Shown piece by piece: positions 6,823-16,900 of a DNA stretch of 26,119 bases. Origin of the DNA: Myxococcota bacterium (GTDB lineage: Bacteria; Myxococcota; JACRCW01); contig JBFMGU010000149.1 of the NCBI GenBank assembly GCA_040752415.1, positions 1 to 26,119 of the forward strand, given 5' to 3'. Under the pieces are notes generated by a model. It saw nothing but the letters and a program-made list of their open reading frames with translations. It ran no database searches and was not told the origin of the DNA. The stretch's first letter is position 1, and each line of letters begins with the position of its first letter. A program made the translations under genes and the position numbers.

Positions 6823-9315
6823 GTGCGTGGGCTGGGGCTCCTCCTGCTGGTGCTGGCCGTCTCGTGCGTGGGGACCCCGCGCGACGAGGACGCGCTGACG
6901 CCGGTGCACGCGCGGCTGGAGTCGGAGCAGGACGTGCTGGACCTGGGCGCCGTCGACGTGGGCTGGGCCCGGGAGGGGACCGCCAGCTTCCGCAACCCCG
7001 GCAACGCCGCCACCAACCTCAGCGCGCACGTGGAGCCGGAAGGCAGTCCCTTCACCGTGCTCACGCCCTCCGCCGCCGCCGCGCCCGACCGGCACGCGCG
7101 GGTCACGGTGCGTTTCCTGGCCTTCACGGAGGGCAGTGCTTCCGCGGTCCTGGTGGTGCGCCACGACGGGGAGGCCGACGCCAACGGGTCCCGCACGCTG
7201 CGCGTGGAGCTGCGCGCGCTGGCCCTCCCGCCGCCCAATTGCGACGACGGCAACGTGTGCACGCTGGATCAGCAGGACCCCGCAGTCCCCGGCGCGTGCC
7301 GGCACCTGCCCGTGGCGGGAACGTGTGACGACGGCAACGTGTGCACGCTGGCGGACCATTGCGAGGGCGGCGAGTGCCTGGGCACCCCACGCGTGTGTGA
7401 CGACGGGATTGCCTGCACCGCGGACACCTGTGACGCCGTGGCCGGCTGCCTGAGCACCCCGGTGGCCACGCTGTGCGCCGACGAGGATCCCTGCACTTCT
7501 GACGTGTGCGCGCCCGGCGCGGGTGCCGACGCGGCAGGATGCATTCACGAGCCGTCGCCGACGGGAACGCTGTGTGGCTCGCCCTCGTGCGGGGCGCTGC
7601 CGGTGTGCGTGGCCGGCGCGTGCGTGGCCACCACGGCGCCCGACGGGTTTCCGTGTGACGACGGGAATGCGTGCACCGGCGGGGAGACGTGCCAGGCGGG
7701 CGTATGCATGGCGGGCAGCGTGAGCTCGTTTGTGCTGGGAACGCCGGTGGTGCTCCGGGAGATTGCCTTGCCGGAGACGCCGCCCGTGCAGTCCATGGAC
7801 GCGGGGGTCTCCACCGTCGACGGAGGCGGCGCCTGGGAGTGTGACGACGGGGCCTGCGGGGTTCCGCCCACCACGCCCAGCCCGCAGCCGCTCTTCGGCA
7901 GCTGGCCCATTGCCGTGGACGCCATGGCCACCGTCCCCACGTACTCCGTGGAAGGCTACAACCTGCTGACGTTGTGGCGCGGCGCGGAAGGCTACGAGGG
8001 TTCCTGGTGTTACTCGCACCCGGCGAGTTGCGCGCAACGTCCCCCCCACGCCTGTGAGCCCGTCTACGCCGTCATGCCGGTCACCACGTTGAACGCCAGC
8101 ATGATCACTCCGTCGGGGGAGGCGCTCTCGCGGTCCACGTTGTCGCTGGAGGCCGTCTACCGGCGCGCCATGGCGTTCACGTCGTGGCCCGTGGGCCCGG
8201 AGTCCAGCGTCCCTCCCGGCAACATCCTGGGGGTGGCAGCCGCCGGGCACATGAGCTCCGCGCCCATTGGCGCGGCGGTGGCGGTGGATTTCAACTCACG
8301 TTGCGCACCGTGCGGGGACGCGCCCGTGGATGGCTGCGCGCCAGCGGGGGAGGCGGTGGCGGTGGTGCTGGCCAGCATGGCCGGATTCCATCTCTCCGAC
8401 GTCATCTGGCTGGGTGACGATGGCGACGGCGCGTTCCCAGACGTGCTGGTGCGTGGCCCGGATGGTCTCCCGCTCATGGCGGCGTGGGGAGATGATGCCG
8501 CCCTGGAAGTGGCCTTTGCCACGGTTGGGACCGAGCCGTGCAACCCGGTGTGCTCGTCGGAGAGCTGTGAATGCCACAACAACGTGACGCTGCACGTCCG
8601 TTCCTATGAGGTGGCGTACATGGACGGGTTGCCGACGGCCCGGTTCACCTCGTCCAACGAGATTCCGCTCGTGCGCCGCGACGACGTGGTGACCGGGGGG
8701 CTGTCGTCGCTGCGGTTGGTGGACCTGGGCGGGATGCGTGAGCTGACCTGGCTGGAGCGTTCCACGGTGACGCCGCCCTCGGTGGACTGCGCATTGCCGG
8801 TGTCGGCGTTGTGGGACCTGTGGCGGACGCCCGTCGGACAGTCGACCGCGCAGGGCCCGCAGGTCCACCATGCCGGTGTCATGGACGCGCAGCTGGCGTT
8901 TGGCACCCGGGCGTTCAACGCGGTTCTCTCCTGGGCGGAGCCCACCACGTCGTGCGAGCTTCCGCAGGTGCTCACTTCCGACCACGGCGGCGCGGTGCAG
9001 GAGCTGATGCGCCACACGCTTCCCGGTGTGGTGGTGGAGGGCCTGGAGCTGGTTGTCGCCAACGGAACGCCGCACGTCGTGGCTGTCCACGGAGACGGAC
9101 TGGTGACCGCCATGACCCTCACCGCGGAAGTCACCACCGCAACCGGCGGCTTCAACCCCAGCGACGACGCGCGCATCCACCCCCAGAGCCCCCTGCGTCC
9201 CGTGTGGGATGACTGGGCGTTCCGCGCCGTGGGCGGGATTGCGGAGGTGGGCATCTACCGCGACTCGTTCCCGCTTCCCGCCATGGTGGTGATGCCGGCG
9301 GCCTGCGGACCGTGA
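6823..9315 (+). CDS. Cys-rich lipoprotein: Ig-like domain, CDDGNxCT repeats, unrecognised C-terminal region
   Basis: GTG at 6823 gives MRGLGLLLLVLAVSC (lipobox); TTG 6781 is an alternative start. LDLGAVDVG...FRNPG is an Ig-like module, followed by about five CDDGN(V/A)CT-type repeats. Confidence 0.8.
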   Translation: MRGLGLLLLVLAVSCVGTPRDEDALTPVHARLESEQDVLDLGAVDVGWAREGTASFRNPGNAATNLSAHVEPEGSPFTVLTPSAAAAPDRHARVTVRFLAFTEGSASAVLVVRHDGEADANGSRTLRVELRALALPPPNCDDGNVCTLDQQDPAVPGACRHLPVAGTCDDGNVCTLADHCEGGECLGTPRVCDDGIACTADTCDAVAGCLSTPVATLCADEDPCTSDVCAPGAGADAAGCIHEPSPTGTLCGSPSCGALPVCVAGACVATTAPDGFPCDDGNACTGGETCQAGVCMAGSVSSFVLGTPVVLREIALPETPPVQSMDAGVSTVDGGGAWECDDGACGVPPTTPSPQPLFGSWPIAVDAMATVPTYSVEGYNLLTLWRGAEGYEGSWCYSHPASCAQRPPHACEPVYAVMPVTTLNASMITPSGEALSRSTLSLEAVYRRAMAFTSWPVGPESSVPPGNILGVAAAGHMSSAPIGAAVAVDFNSRCAPCGDAPVDGCAPAGEAVAVVLASMAGFHLSDVIWLGDDGDGAFPDVLVRGPDGLPLMAAWGDDAALEVAFATVGTEPCNPVCSSESCECHNNVTLHVRSYEVAYMDGLPTARFTSSNEIPLVRRDDVVTGGLSSLRLVDLGGMRELTWLERSTVTPPSVDCALPVSALWDLWRTPVGQSTAQGPQVHHAGVMDAQLAFGTRAFNAVLSWAEPTTSCELPQVLTSDHGGAVQELMRHTLPGVVVEGLELVVANGTPHVVAVHGDGLVTAMTLTAEVTTATGGFNPSDDARIHPQSPLRPVWDDWAFRAVGGIAEVGIYRDSFPLPAMVVMPAACGP
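7243..7351 (+). repeat. 25-bp exact direct repeat encoding DDGNVCTL
   Basis: gacgacggcaacgtgtgcacgctgg at 7243-7267 and 7327-7351. Confidence 0.85.
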
Positions 9316-9321
9316 GCTGCC

Positions 9322-9351
9322 TTGCCGCGCCTTGCCACGCGTTCCTATAAG
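9322..9351 (+). promoter_or_regulatory. Candidate sigma70-type promoter for the second carbamoyltransferase
   Basis: TTGCCG (9322-9327), 18-nt spacer, TATAAG (9346-9351), about 30 nt before ATG 9380. Confidence 0.45.
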
Positions 9352-9379
9352 CGCCATCCCGACGAGAACGAGGTCCGCC

Positions 9380-11248
9380 ATGAAGGTGCTGGGCTACAAC
9401 GGAGGCATTGACGGCTACCCCTCACGCTTTGGCGCCAGCCACAATGCCGCGGCGGCCATCATCGTCGACGGGGAGCTGGTGGCGGCGTGTGAGGAGGAGC
9501 GCTTCACGCGGGAGAAGCATTCCGGCGCCTTCCCGCGCCACGCCATTGACTTCTGCCTCGCCGAGGCCGGCGTCAAGGATCCCAGTGAGCTGGACCTGGT
9601 GGCGTATTTCTACTCGTACCCGCTGATGTTCCGCTCGGAAGTGCTGAGCACCAACGGGCGCGGCATGAATGCGTTGCACAAGGCCAGCGTGTGGACCGTG
9701 CTGCGCACCATGCAGACGTTCAACAAGCTCGCGGGCTACTCCGACGACCGCAGCCGGCGCGCCTTTGAGCGCCACATGGGCATCTCGCTGCGGGACAACC
9801 AGTACACCGTGGTGCCGCACCACATGTGTCACCTGGCCAGCACCTTCTATGACTCACCTTTTGACCGCGCGCTGTGCCTGACCATGGACGCGCAGGGTGA
9901 GAGCACGTGCAGCCTGGCGGCGGTGGCGCGCGGGACGGAGATCACCACGCTGCGGGAAGTCCTCATCCCCAACAGCCTGGGCTACCTCTACACGTTCATC
10001 ACCGCCTTCCTCGGCTTTGACTGGCACGACGAGTACAAGGTGATGGGCCTGGCCCCCTACGGCAACCGCGCCGCGTACCGCGACTTCTTCCGCAGCATCA
10101 TCCGCAAGGACGCCGACGGACAATACGAGGTGGAGCAGGGCCTCATTGCGCAGCTGGTGGCCGCCAACGCCATGCCCGCCGGCGACGTCATCTATCCCGC
10201 GCGGCTCACGGAAGGGCTCGGTCCCCGTCGACGGGGCGACGAGCCGGTGACGCAGCGACACATGGACATTGCCGCGGGGCTGCAGGATGCGCTGGAGGAC
10301 ACCGTGGTGCACACGCTCTCCGCGCTCAGGGACCAGACCGGGGAGAAGAACCTGTGCATGGCGGGCGGGGTGGCGCTGAACTCCACCATGAACGGCGTGG
10401 TGGCGCGCAGCGGCATGTTCGAGAACGTCTGGGTCCATGCGGCCGCCCACGACGGAGGAACCTGCGTGGGGGCCGCCATGTACGGCTACCACAACGTGCT
10501 GGGCCAGCCGCGCCACTTCCAGAGGAAGAAGCACCGTTACCTGGGCCCCGGCTTCACCGGCGCCATGGTGGAGGATGCGCTCAAGACGTTTGACGCCAAG
10601 ATCACGCACCAGCGTCCGGGGGACCTCGTGGAGCACGTGGCCAAGGCCATTGCCGACGGAAAGGTGGTGGGCTGGTACCAGGGCCGCATGGAGTGGGGCC
10701 CGCGCGCGCTGGGCAACCGCAGCATCCTCGCCGACGCGCGTCGCGACGACATGAAGGACATCGTGAATCACGCGGTGAAGCTGCGGGAGGGCTTCCGTCC
10801 CTTCGCTCCCGCGGTTCTCGACGAGCACGCGCGCGAGTGGTTTGACCTCACCGGCCTTCCCGACAGTCCCTACATGCTCTTCGTGGTGCCCGTGCAGCCG
10901 GACAAGCGCCAGCGCATCCCGGCCATAACCCACGTCGACGGGAGCGCGCGCGTGCAGACGGTGACGGAGGCGGAGAACCCGCGCTTCCATGCGCTCATCC
11001 GCGCGTTCCACCAGCTCACCGGCGTGCCCGTGGTGCTGAACACCAGCTTCAACGTGAAGGGTGAGCCGATCGTGAACACCCCCGCCGACGCGGTGCGCTG
11101 CTTCCTCGGCACCCAGATCGACCTGCTGGTGATCGACGACGTCGTCATCGAGAAGCGGCCGGAGGTGGCGGCGGCGCTGGAGGCGGAGCGCGGCAGGCAC
11201 GGCCAGCACACCGGGCGCGTGGTGCAGGGCCAGATCAGCGTGGCGTGA
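9380..11248 (+). CDS. Second NodU/CmcH-family carbamoyltransferase, 622 aa
   Basis: MKVLG..., EEERFTREKH, HHMCHLAS, DAQGE, EYKVMGLAPYG, AGGVALNS, GRMEWGPRALGNRS, REGFRPFAP, NTSFNVKGEPIV. Confidence 0.95.
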   Translation: MKVLGYNGGIDGYPSRFGASHNAAAAIIVDGELVAACEEERFTREKHSGAFPRHAIDFCLAEAGVKDPSELDLVAYFYSYPLMFRSEVLSTNGRGMNALHKASVWTVLRTMQTFNKLAGYSDDRSRRAFERHMGISLRDNQYTVVPHHMCHLASTFYDSPFDRALCLTMDAQGESTCSLAAVARGTEITTLREVLIPNSLGYLYTFITAFLGFDWHDEYKVMGLAPYGNRAAYRDFFRSIIRKDADGQYEVEQGLIAQLVAANAMPAGDVIYPARLTEGLGPRRRGDEPVTQRHMDIAAGLQDALEDTVVHTLSALRDQTGEKNLCMAGGVALNSTMNGVVARSGMFENVWVHAAAHDGGTCVGAAMYGYHNVLGQPRHFQRKKHRYLGPGFTGAMVEDALKTFDAKITHQRPGDLVEHVAKAIADGKVVGWYQGRMEWGPRALGNRSILADARRDDMKDIVNHAVKLREGFRPFAPAVLDEHAREWFDLTGLPDSPYMLFVVPVQPDKRQRIPAITHVDGSARVQTVTEAENPRFHALIRAFHQLTGVPVVLNTSFNVKGEPIVNTPADAVRCFLGTQIDLLVIDDVVIEKRPEVAAALEAERGRHGQHTGRVVQGQISVA

Positions 11249-11251
11249 GGC

Positions 11252-12055
11252 TCAGTCCAGCACCATGCGCGCGCCGGCGTCGAGCAGCGCCACCAGGAAG
11301 GCCAGCGTCAATCCCGCCGCGCCGGTCAGCGTCACCGGGTTCACCGGGCTCTGCAGCGTGGGCTCATTGATCACCCGTCCCACGACGAGACCGGCGGCCA
11401 GCACCCCCACCGAGCCCACGCCCACCACGGCCAGGATGATGCCCGGGAACAGCGCGCTGCGCTCCAGGATGCCGCCCTTCTGCACGGTGGCGGCGTAGAC
11501 CACCTGCCCGGCGCCCGGCCACAACAGGCTGAACAGCAGCAGCGCCTTCTGGGCCACGCCCGGGCTCGTCGCACCGCGGTCGGTGAGGTCCACCACGTCC
11601 AGCCGGTCATAGAAACGCGTTTCCCCCGTCGGCAGGCGCACCGCCCAACCCTCCGGCGCTTCCGCCACCACGGTGCCATCCACCTCCTCACCGGAGCGCG
11701 TGCGTAGGCGCACCCGTTTCCCCGTCGAGGATTCACCGGCGGGCGCGGGCGGGCTCACGCCACCTTCCGCCTCCCACGCCGGCGCCCGACGACGCGGCAA
11801 CGCGGTGGGGTCCTCGTCGTCGAAGCGCGGCGCGGGGGTCGCGGGCACCTCGGCGGCGGGAGCTTCCGCGGGGGGCTGCTCGGGCGCGGGCTCGGTGGTT
11901 TCACCCGTCGTCGGCGCGGGCTCTTCCGTCGGAGTGGTGGGCTCTGTGGGCGCGGTCTCGACGGGAGGAGGGGCTTCCGCCTCCTGCGCCCACGCCGGTG
12001 CGGACGACATCAACAGGGCGAGGACGGGGGCCAGCCCGCGGAGGGAACAGAGCAT
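11252..12055 (-). CDS. Exported/membrane hypothetical protein with Pro/Glu/Thr-rich linker
   Basis: Signal peptide ending AWA-QE, disordered linker, small beta domain (VRLRTRSGEEVDGTVV), C-terminal hydrophobic helices (LFSLLWPGAGQ). Confidence 0.7.
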   Translation of the reverse strand: MLCSLRGLAPVLALLMSSAPAWAQEAEAPPPVETAPTEPTTPTEEPAPTTGETTEPAPEQPPAEAPAAEVPATPAPRFDDEDPTALPRRRAPAWEAEGGVSPPAPAGESSTGKRVRLRTRSGEEVDGTVVAEAPEGWAVRLPTGETRFYDRLDVVDLTDRGATSPGVAQKALLLFSLLWPGAGQVVYAATVQKGGILERSALFPGIILAVVGVGSVGVLAAGLVVGRVINEPTLQSPVNPVTLTGAAGLTLAFLVALLDAGARMVLD

Positions 12056-12143
12056 GACCAGAGGCTAACGCAGACCGGGCCCGGGCGCGTCTCCCGAGGG
12101 GGCGTTGCATGGATCCCATGACGGCGGGATATCGGTGCGCGTG

Positions 12144-12920
12144 ATGGCGGGACGCAAGGATGTGCTCCAGCGGGATCTGCGTCGCCTCGAGGAGGCGTTG
12201 CAGCGCGTCGTCGACCGGGCAGGGGAGGAGGACATCCACGACGCGCGCATTGCCGCGCGGAAGGCCCACGCCACCCTGCGCCTGCTGCGACCCGCGGACG
12301 GCTCTCGTCGGCTCAGACGCGCGGACCGGGCGTTGCGTGAGCTCCGACGGGAATTGGGCTCCGCGCGGGACCTGGATGTGGCGCTGCTGACGTTGAAGGA
12401 GCCGGAGCACGTGGCGGTGCGCGCGCTCCTGGGCGACGAGCTCATGCAGCGGGCGGAGCGCGCGCGTCGCAAGCTGCCCCGACGCGTCCGTGCACGGGGC
12501 GACATCGCGCTGCACGCCGTGGGAGCGCTGCGTGGCCGGGACCTGGCGTCAACGCGTGTGGCCGGCAAGCGGCTGCGCCAGAAGGCTGGCGACGTGGTGG
12601 ATGCCGCGCAGCGGCTGGCCTCGCGAAGAACGTGGAAGCGTCTGCACAACCTGCGCAAGCGGTTGCGGGAGCTGCGGTACCAGCTCAAGACCGCGGAGAA
12701 GCTCGGCCTGACCACCCAGCGACCCGGGCGCGACGAGGCCTTTGCCAGCGCCTCCCAGCTCCTGGGCCGCGCCATGGATCTCCACATCCTCTCCGTGCTC
12801 CTGGAGCACGAGGACCTTCCGCGTGCGCATCGTCGACGGGTGGAGGCCCTGGCGCGCGGGCAACGCGACGCGGTGGCGGAAGCGGTGGCGGCCTGGCTCC
12901 GGCGAGGTGAGCGCGCTTGA
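12144..12920 (+). CDS. CHAD-domain protein (polyphosphate-binding family)
   Basis: EDIHDARIAARK, LGSARDLDV, LHNLRKRLRELRYQL, LLGRAMDL; very Arg-rich. Start uncertain (12105-12144). Confidence 0.85.
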   Translation: MAGRKDVLQRDLRRLEEALQRVVDRAGEEDIHDARIAARKAHATLRLLRPADGSRRLRRADRALRELRRELGSARDLDVALLTLKEPEHVAVRALLGDELMQRAERARRKLPRRVRARGDIALHAVGALRGRDLASTRVAGKRLRQKAGDVVDAAQRLASRRTWKRLHNLRKRLRELRYQLKTAEKLGLTTQRPGRDEAFASASQLLGRAMDLHILSVLLEHEDLPRAHRRRVEALARGQRDAVAEAVAAWLRRGERA

Positions 12921-12960
12921 CGGTGGACACGGCGCCGGCCCGCGTGTCACAGGCGCGGTC

Positions 12961-13722
12961 ATGGCAGCTTCTCCCACGTCGAGCCGGAAGGTGCTGGAGC
13001 GCGTGGACACGCCCTTCAACAAGGTGCGCGTCATTGCCCGCGGTCGCACGCGACACCTGGAAGTCTCCGGCGCCACCTACGCCACCTACCACCCCACGCG
13101 ACGCTTCTTCGGCTACTCCTGGGACGCGCTCGCCTCCGCGGTGCTGCACCACCCGCTCGCCGTCGACGAGGGGCGCTACCTGCGCGTGCTGCTGATCGGG
13201 ATGGGCGGCGCCACGGTGCTGCACGCCTTGCGGGTGCTGGTGCCGCGTGCGCACGTGGAGGCGGTGGACATCGACGGCGCGCTGGTGGACATCACCCGTC
13301 GTCACTTCGCGCTGGCGGACGCGCGCACGGTGGTGCACGTGGGTGACGGCTACGCGTTCGTGGACGCGCACCCCGCCGCGTACGACGTCATCCTGGATGA
13401 CGCATTCCTTGCTCACGGCGACGCGGCGCGCACTCAGGAGGTGACGGTGGACTTCCTGGTGCGCCTCTCCCGCGGGCTCCGGGAGGGCGGATTGCTCGCG
13501 TGCAACGTCTTCACCGACGTGGAGAACGCGGCCGCGCGCCACCGGGCGTACCGCGCCTTCCGGTCGAGTTTTCCCGTGACCTTCGAGCTGCTGCCGCCCA
13601 AGGGTGAGAACGCGATCATCTGCGGGACTCGCCAGCGTCGTTCCGCGGACGACGTGGACGCGCACCTGCGCGGTCTTCCTCCTGGCGCGCGTGCGGCCAT
13701 GATGCGCGTGCGGGTGGCCTGA
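12961..13722 (+). CDS. Spermidine-synthase-like class I SAM-dependent transferase
   Basis: VLLIGMGGAT, VEAVDID, VGDGYAFV, YDVILDDAF, GGLLACN. Confidence 0.85.
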   Translation: MAASPTSSRKVLERVDTPFNKVRVIARGRTRHLEVSGATYATYHPTRRFFGYSWDALASAVLHHPLAVDEGRYLRVLLIGMGGATVLHALRVLVPRAHVEAVDIDGALVDITRRHFALADARTVVHVGDGYAFVDAHPAAYDVILDDAFLAHGDAARTQEVTVDFLVRLSRGLREGGLLACNVFTDVENAAARHRAYRAFRSSFPVTFELLPPKGENAIICGTRQRRSADDVDAHLRGLPPGARAAMMRVRVA

Positions 13723-13932
13723 CCGGCTCTCTCCGCCCGATCCCGACAACCGAGAAGCCCTGACGGCATGCGGCGCCCATCACGGGACCTGCCCATGTCC
13801 TGATGCGTCGGCAAACGACCTTCCCTGGACGCGCGGCCCCTCCGGATCCGTTGCCTCAGCGCCCGCGACGAGACGGACAGGTCTCGACGGGACTCACCGT
13901 CTTGTCGGCATCCCGGATGCCGGGAGGGAAAC

Positions 13933-16900
13933 ATGGGTCGGACGAACGCGAGCCTTGCTCTCGTCATGTGGATGTCGGGTCTCACGGCCAGTGTGGCGTG
14001 CACGGGTCCGGGGATTCTTGGACCGGAGGAAGAGGGAGGCGCGGGCGGTCAGGCGGGCGGCGCCACGTCGAGCGCGAGCAGCGCCGCATCCAGCTCCGGT
14101 GACAGCACTTCCAATCCTGGTGGTGCCACCAGCAACGGCTCCACGGGCACATCCGCATCCAGCAACAGCGGAGGGGCCTCCAGCGGAAATGTCACCTCCG
14201 GCCCCGCCTCCAGTGGCTCGCCCGTCGGGAACGCTTCCTCCAGCGGGGCACCCGACGGGGGGAGCGCGCCGGGGAACCTGGAGGTGACCGCGGACCCGGA
14301 GGTGACCATCTGCGCGGGCGGCGCGGCCACCATCGGCCCGGAGGTCGTCGACGGATACCAGTACACCTGGGTGCCCACGGACGGTCTCAGCGCACCCCAG
14401 TCGGCGCAGCCCAGCGCGTCGCCCACGACGACCACCACCTACCAGCTCACGGTGACCGATCCCGCCACCGGAGCGCAGGGAACGGCGCAGGTCCAGGTCA
14501 CCGTGCTCTCGCCGCCGGTGGCCCACGCCGGAGCGCCGCGCTCGATCTGCACCGGTCAGTCCACCACGCTGGGATCCCCCGCCGAGCCCGGACTGACCTA
14601 CCAGTGGTCCCACGCACTCTCCCCCGACCTGGGCTCCACCGCCGAGCTGACCGTCACGCCCGAGGCCACCACCACCTATCGCTTGCTGGTTTCCGACGCT
14701 GCGGGGTGCACGTCGTCGTCGGAGGTGGAAGTGGTGGTGAGGCCGTTGCCGGTGGCGAGTGCCGGCCCGGATGCCACGCTCCGCATCGGGAGCCCGACGA
14801 CGCTGAGCGCCTCCGCGGAGCAGGGCACGCCGCCCTACGCGTTCCAGTGGTCGTCGGATAACGCCGCGTGCGTCAGCTCGCCCTGCATCGACACGCTGGA
14901 TGCGCCGCAAACGCTGGTGCAGCCGCAGGACAACACGCTGTTCACCGTGACGGTCACCGACGCGTCCGGCTGCAGCGCGCAGGACTCGGTGCTGGTCACC
15001 GTCGATGATGCGCTGTGGGTGGAAGCGGGCGTGGACGCGTTCGTGTGCGCGGGAGAGTCGGTCAGCCTGCTGGGCAGCGCCACCGGCGGCGTGGCTCCCT
15101 ACATGCTCTCGTGGGCGGCGGAGCCCGCGTGCGGCGCGCCGGATTGCATCAGCGACCCGAATGTCAGTGCCCCCACCGTGACTCCCTCCGGCACCACCAC
15201 GTTCACGCTCACCGTCACCGACGCGCAGGGCGCACAACAGACCGACCAGGTGATCGTCAACGTGGCGCCCAGCCCGGGAACCGCCGGTGCGGATGCCAGC
15301 GTGCTGCGAGGCGGCACCGTGCGCCTGGGCGCGACGGCCACGCCGGGCGCCACCTACCAATGGAGCTGCAACCGTCCCGAGTGCGCACTCAGCGACGCGA
15401 CCGCGGCCGACCCGCTGGCGACGCCGCTGCGCTCCACGTCCTACCAGCTCACCGCCACGGGCCCCTCGGGTTGTGAGGAGGTGAGCAGCGTCACCGTGCA
15501 GGTTGGTCTCCACGTGACCATCGACCCGCCGGACGGCACCACGGACTACCCGGTCTCCTCGACGCTGCAGGTGTTCTTTGACGAGGAGATGGACCCGACC
15601 ACGCTCAACAGCGACACCGTGCAACTGCGCAACGCCGGCAGCGGCGCGCTGCTGACCACCGTGCTCCAGTACGACGCCGCGGGCTCGGTGCTCACCATCG
15701 TGCCCACGGACGCGGGGTACACCTACGACACGGACTACACGCTGGTCGTGGTGGGCGGGGTGGACGGCGTGAAGTCCGCCGACGCGGTGATGCCCAGCAT
15801 CCTCCTGTTCAACGAGCAGGTGGACTTCAGCACCGTGGCGGCCGACACCACCCCGCCGGGCACCAGCTTCCGTGCGCCCGACGACGGAGACACGGGTGTT
15901 CCGCTCGGGACGAGTGTGGTGGCGGTGCTGGACGAGGCGGTGCGGCCGGAGACGGTCAACGAGACGACGTTCACGCTCACCGGCCCCGACGGCCAGGTGA
16001 CGGCCACGGTCAGCTACGACCCCACCACGCGCACCGCCACGCTCACGCCCGGCACCACGTTGGCGGCGCTGACCACCTACGTCGTCGACCTGGTGGGCGT
16101 CATGGACCTCTCGGACAACGCCAGCAACGAGGACTGGTCGTTCACCACCGGCGCGGCTCCGGACACCACGCCGCCCACGGTGGTCGCCATCTCGCCACCA
16201 GACGGCGCCACCGACGTCTCGGCGGGCACGGTCATCGAGGTCACGTTCGACGAGGCCGTGGACGTCTCCACGCTGGGCAACCTGACGCTCACCAACCTCG
16301 CCACCGGCATCCCCGTGGTCTGCACCGTCCGCTACGACGCCACCACCCATGTGGCCACCTGGACGCCCACGTCCATCCTGGACGGGACCACGCAGTACCG
16401 CGTCACGCTCTCCGACGTGGCGGACCTCTCGGGCAACCTGCTCGCCGCGCCGGTGGAGGTCACGTTCACCACGCGCGTGCGGTTGTTCCTGGATGACTTC
16501 GAGTCCGGGACGGGCGCGTGGACGCTGGCGCCGGGAACCAACGGCGTGGCGTGGGGCCTGGCCACCAACACCTCGCGCAGCCCGGCATACAGCCTCACCG
16601 ACAGCCCCGACGAGAAGTACGGCAACGACGTGAGCAGCGCCGCGGAGCTGGCCAACCCCATCCTGCTCCCGGGTGTGACCTCGGTGTCCCTGCAGTTCGC
16701 GTTGCGCACCCGCCTGGAGCGGAACCGGGACTTCTTCGCACTGGAGTACCAGCTTGATGACGGAGCGTGGGTGCAGGTGGACAAGCCCGGCACCACGTCG
16801 GCGTGGTCGGGCAACCAGCCGTGGACGGTCTGGACGGTCCTCCTCGACGCCACCGGCGCCACCCAGCTCCGCCTGCGCTTCCGGGTGGACACCAATGAGA

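Noticed and set aside
7240..7700. Spaced direct repeats as a possible CRISPR array
   Set aside because: In-frame Cys-rich protein repeats with degenerate copies; no cas genes.
13810..13845. GGCAAAC...GGACGC...CCTCCGG resembling a c-di-GMP-I riboswitch
   Set aside because: Lacks the GNRA-capped hairpin and the GCAAA element; an Rfam scan would settle it.
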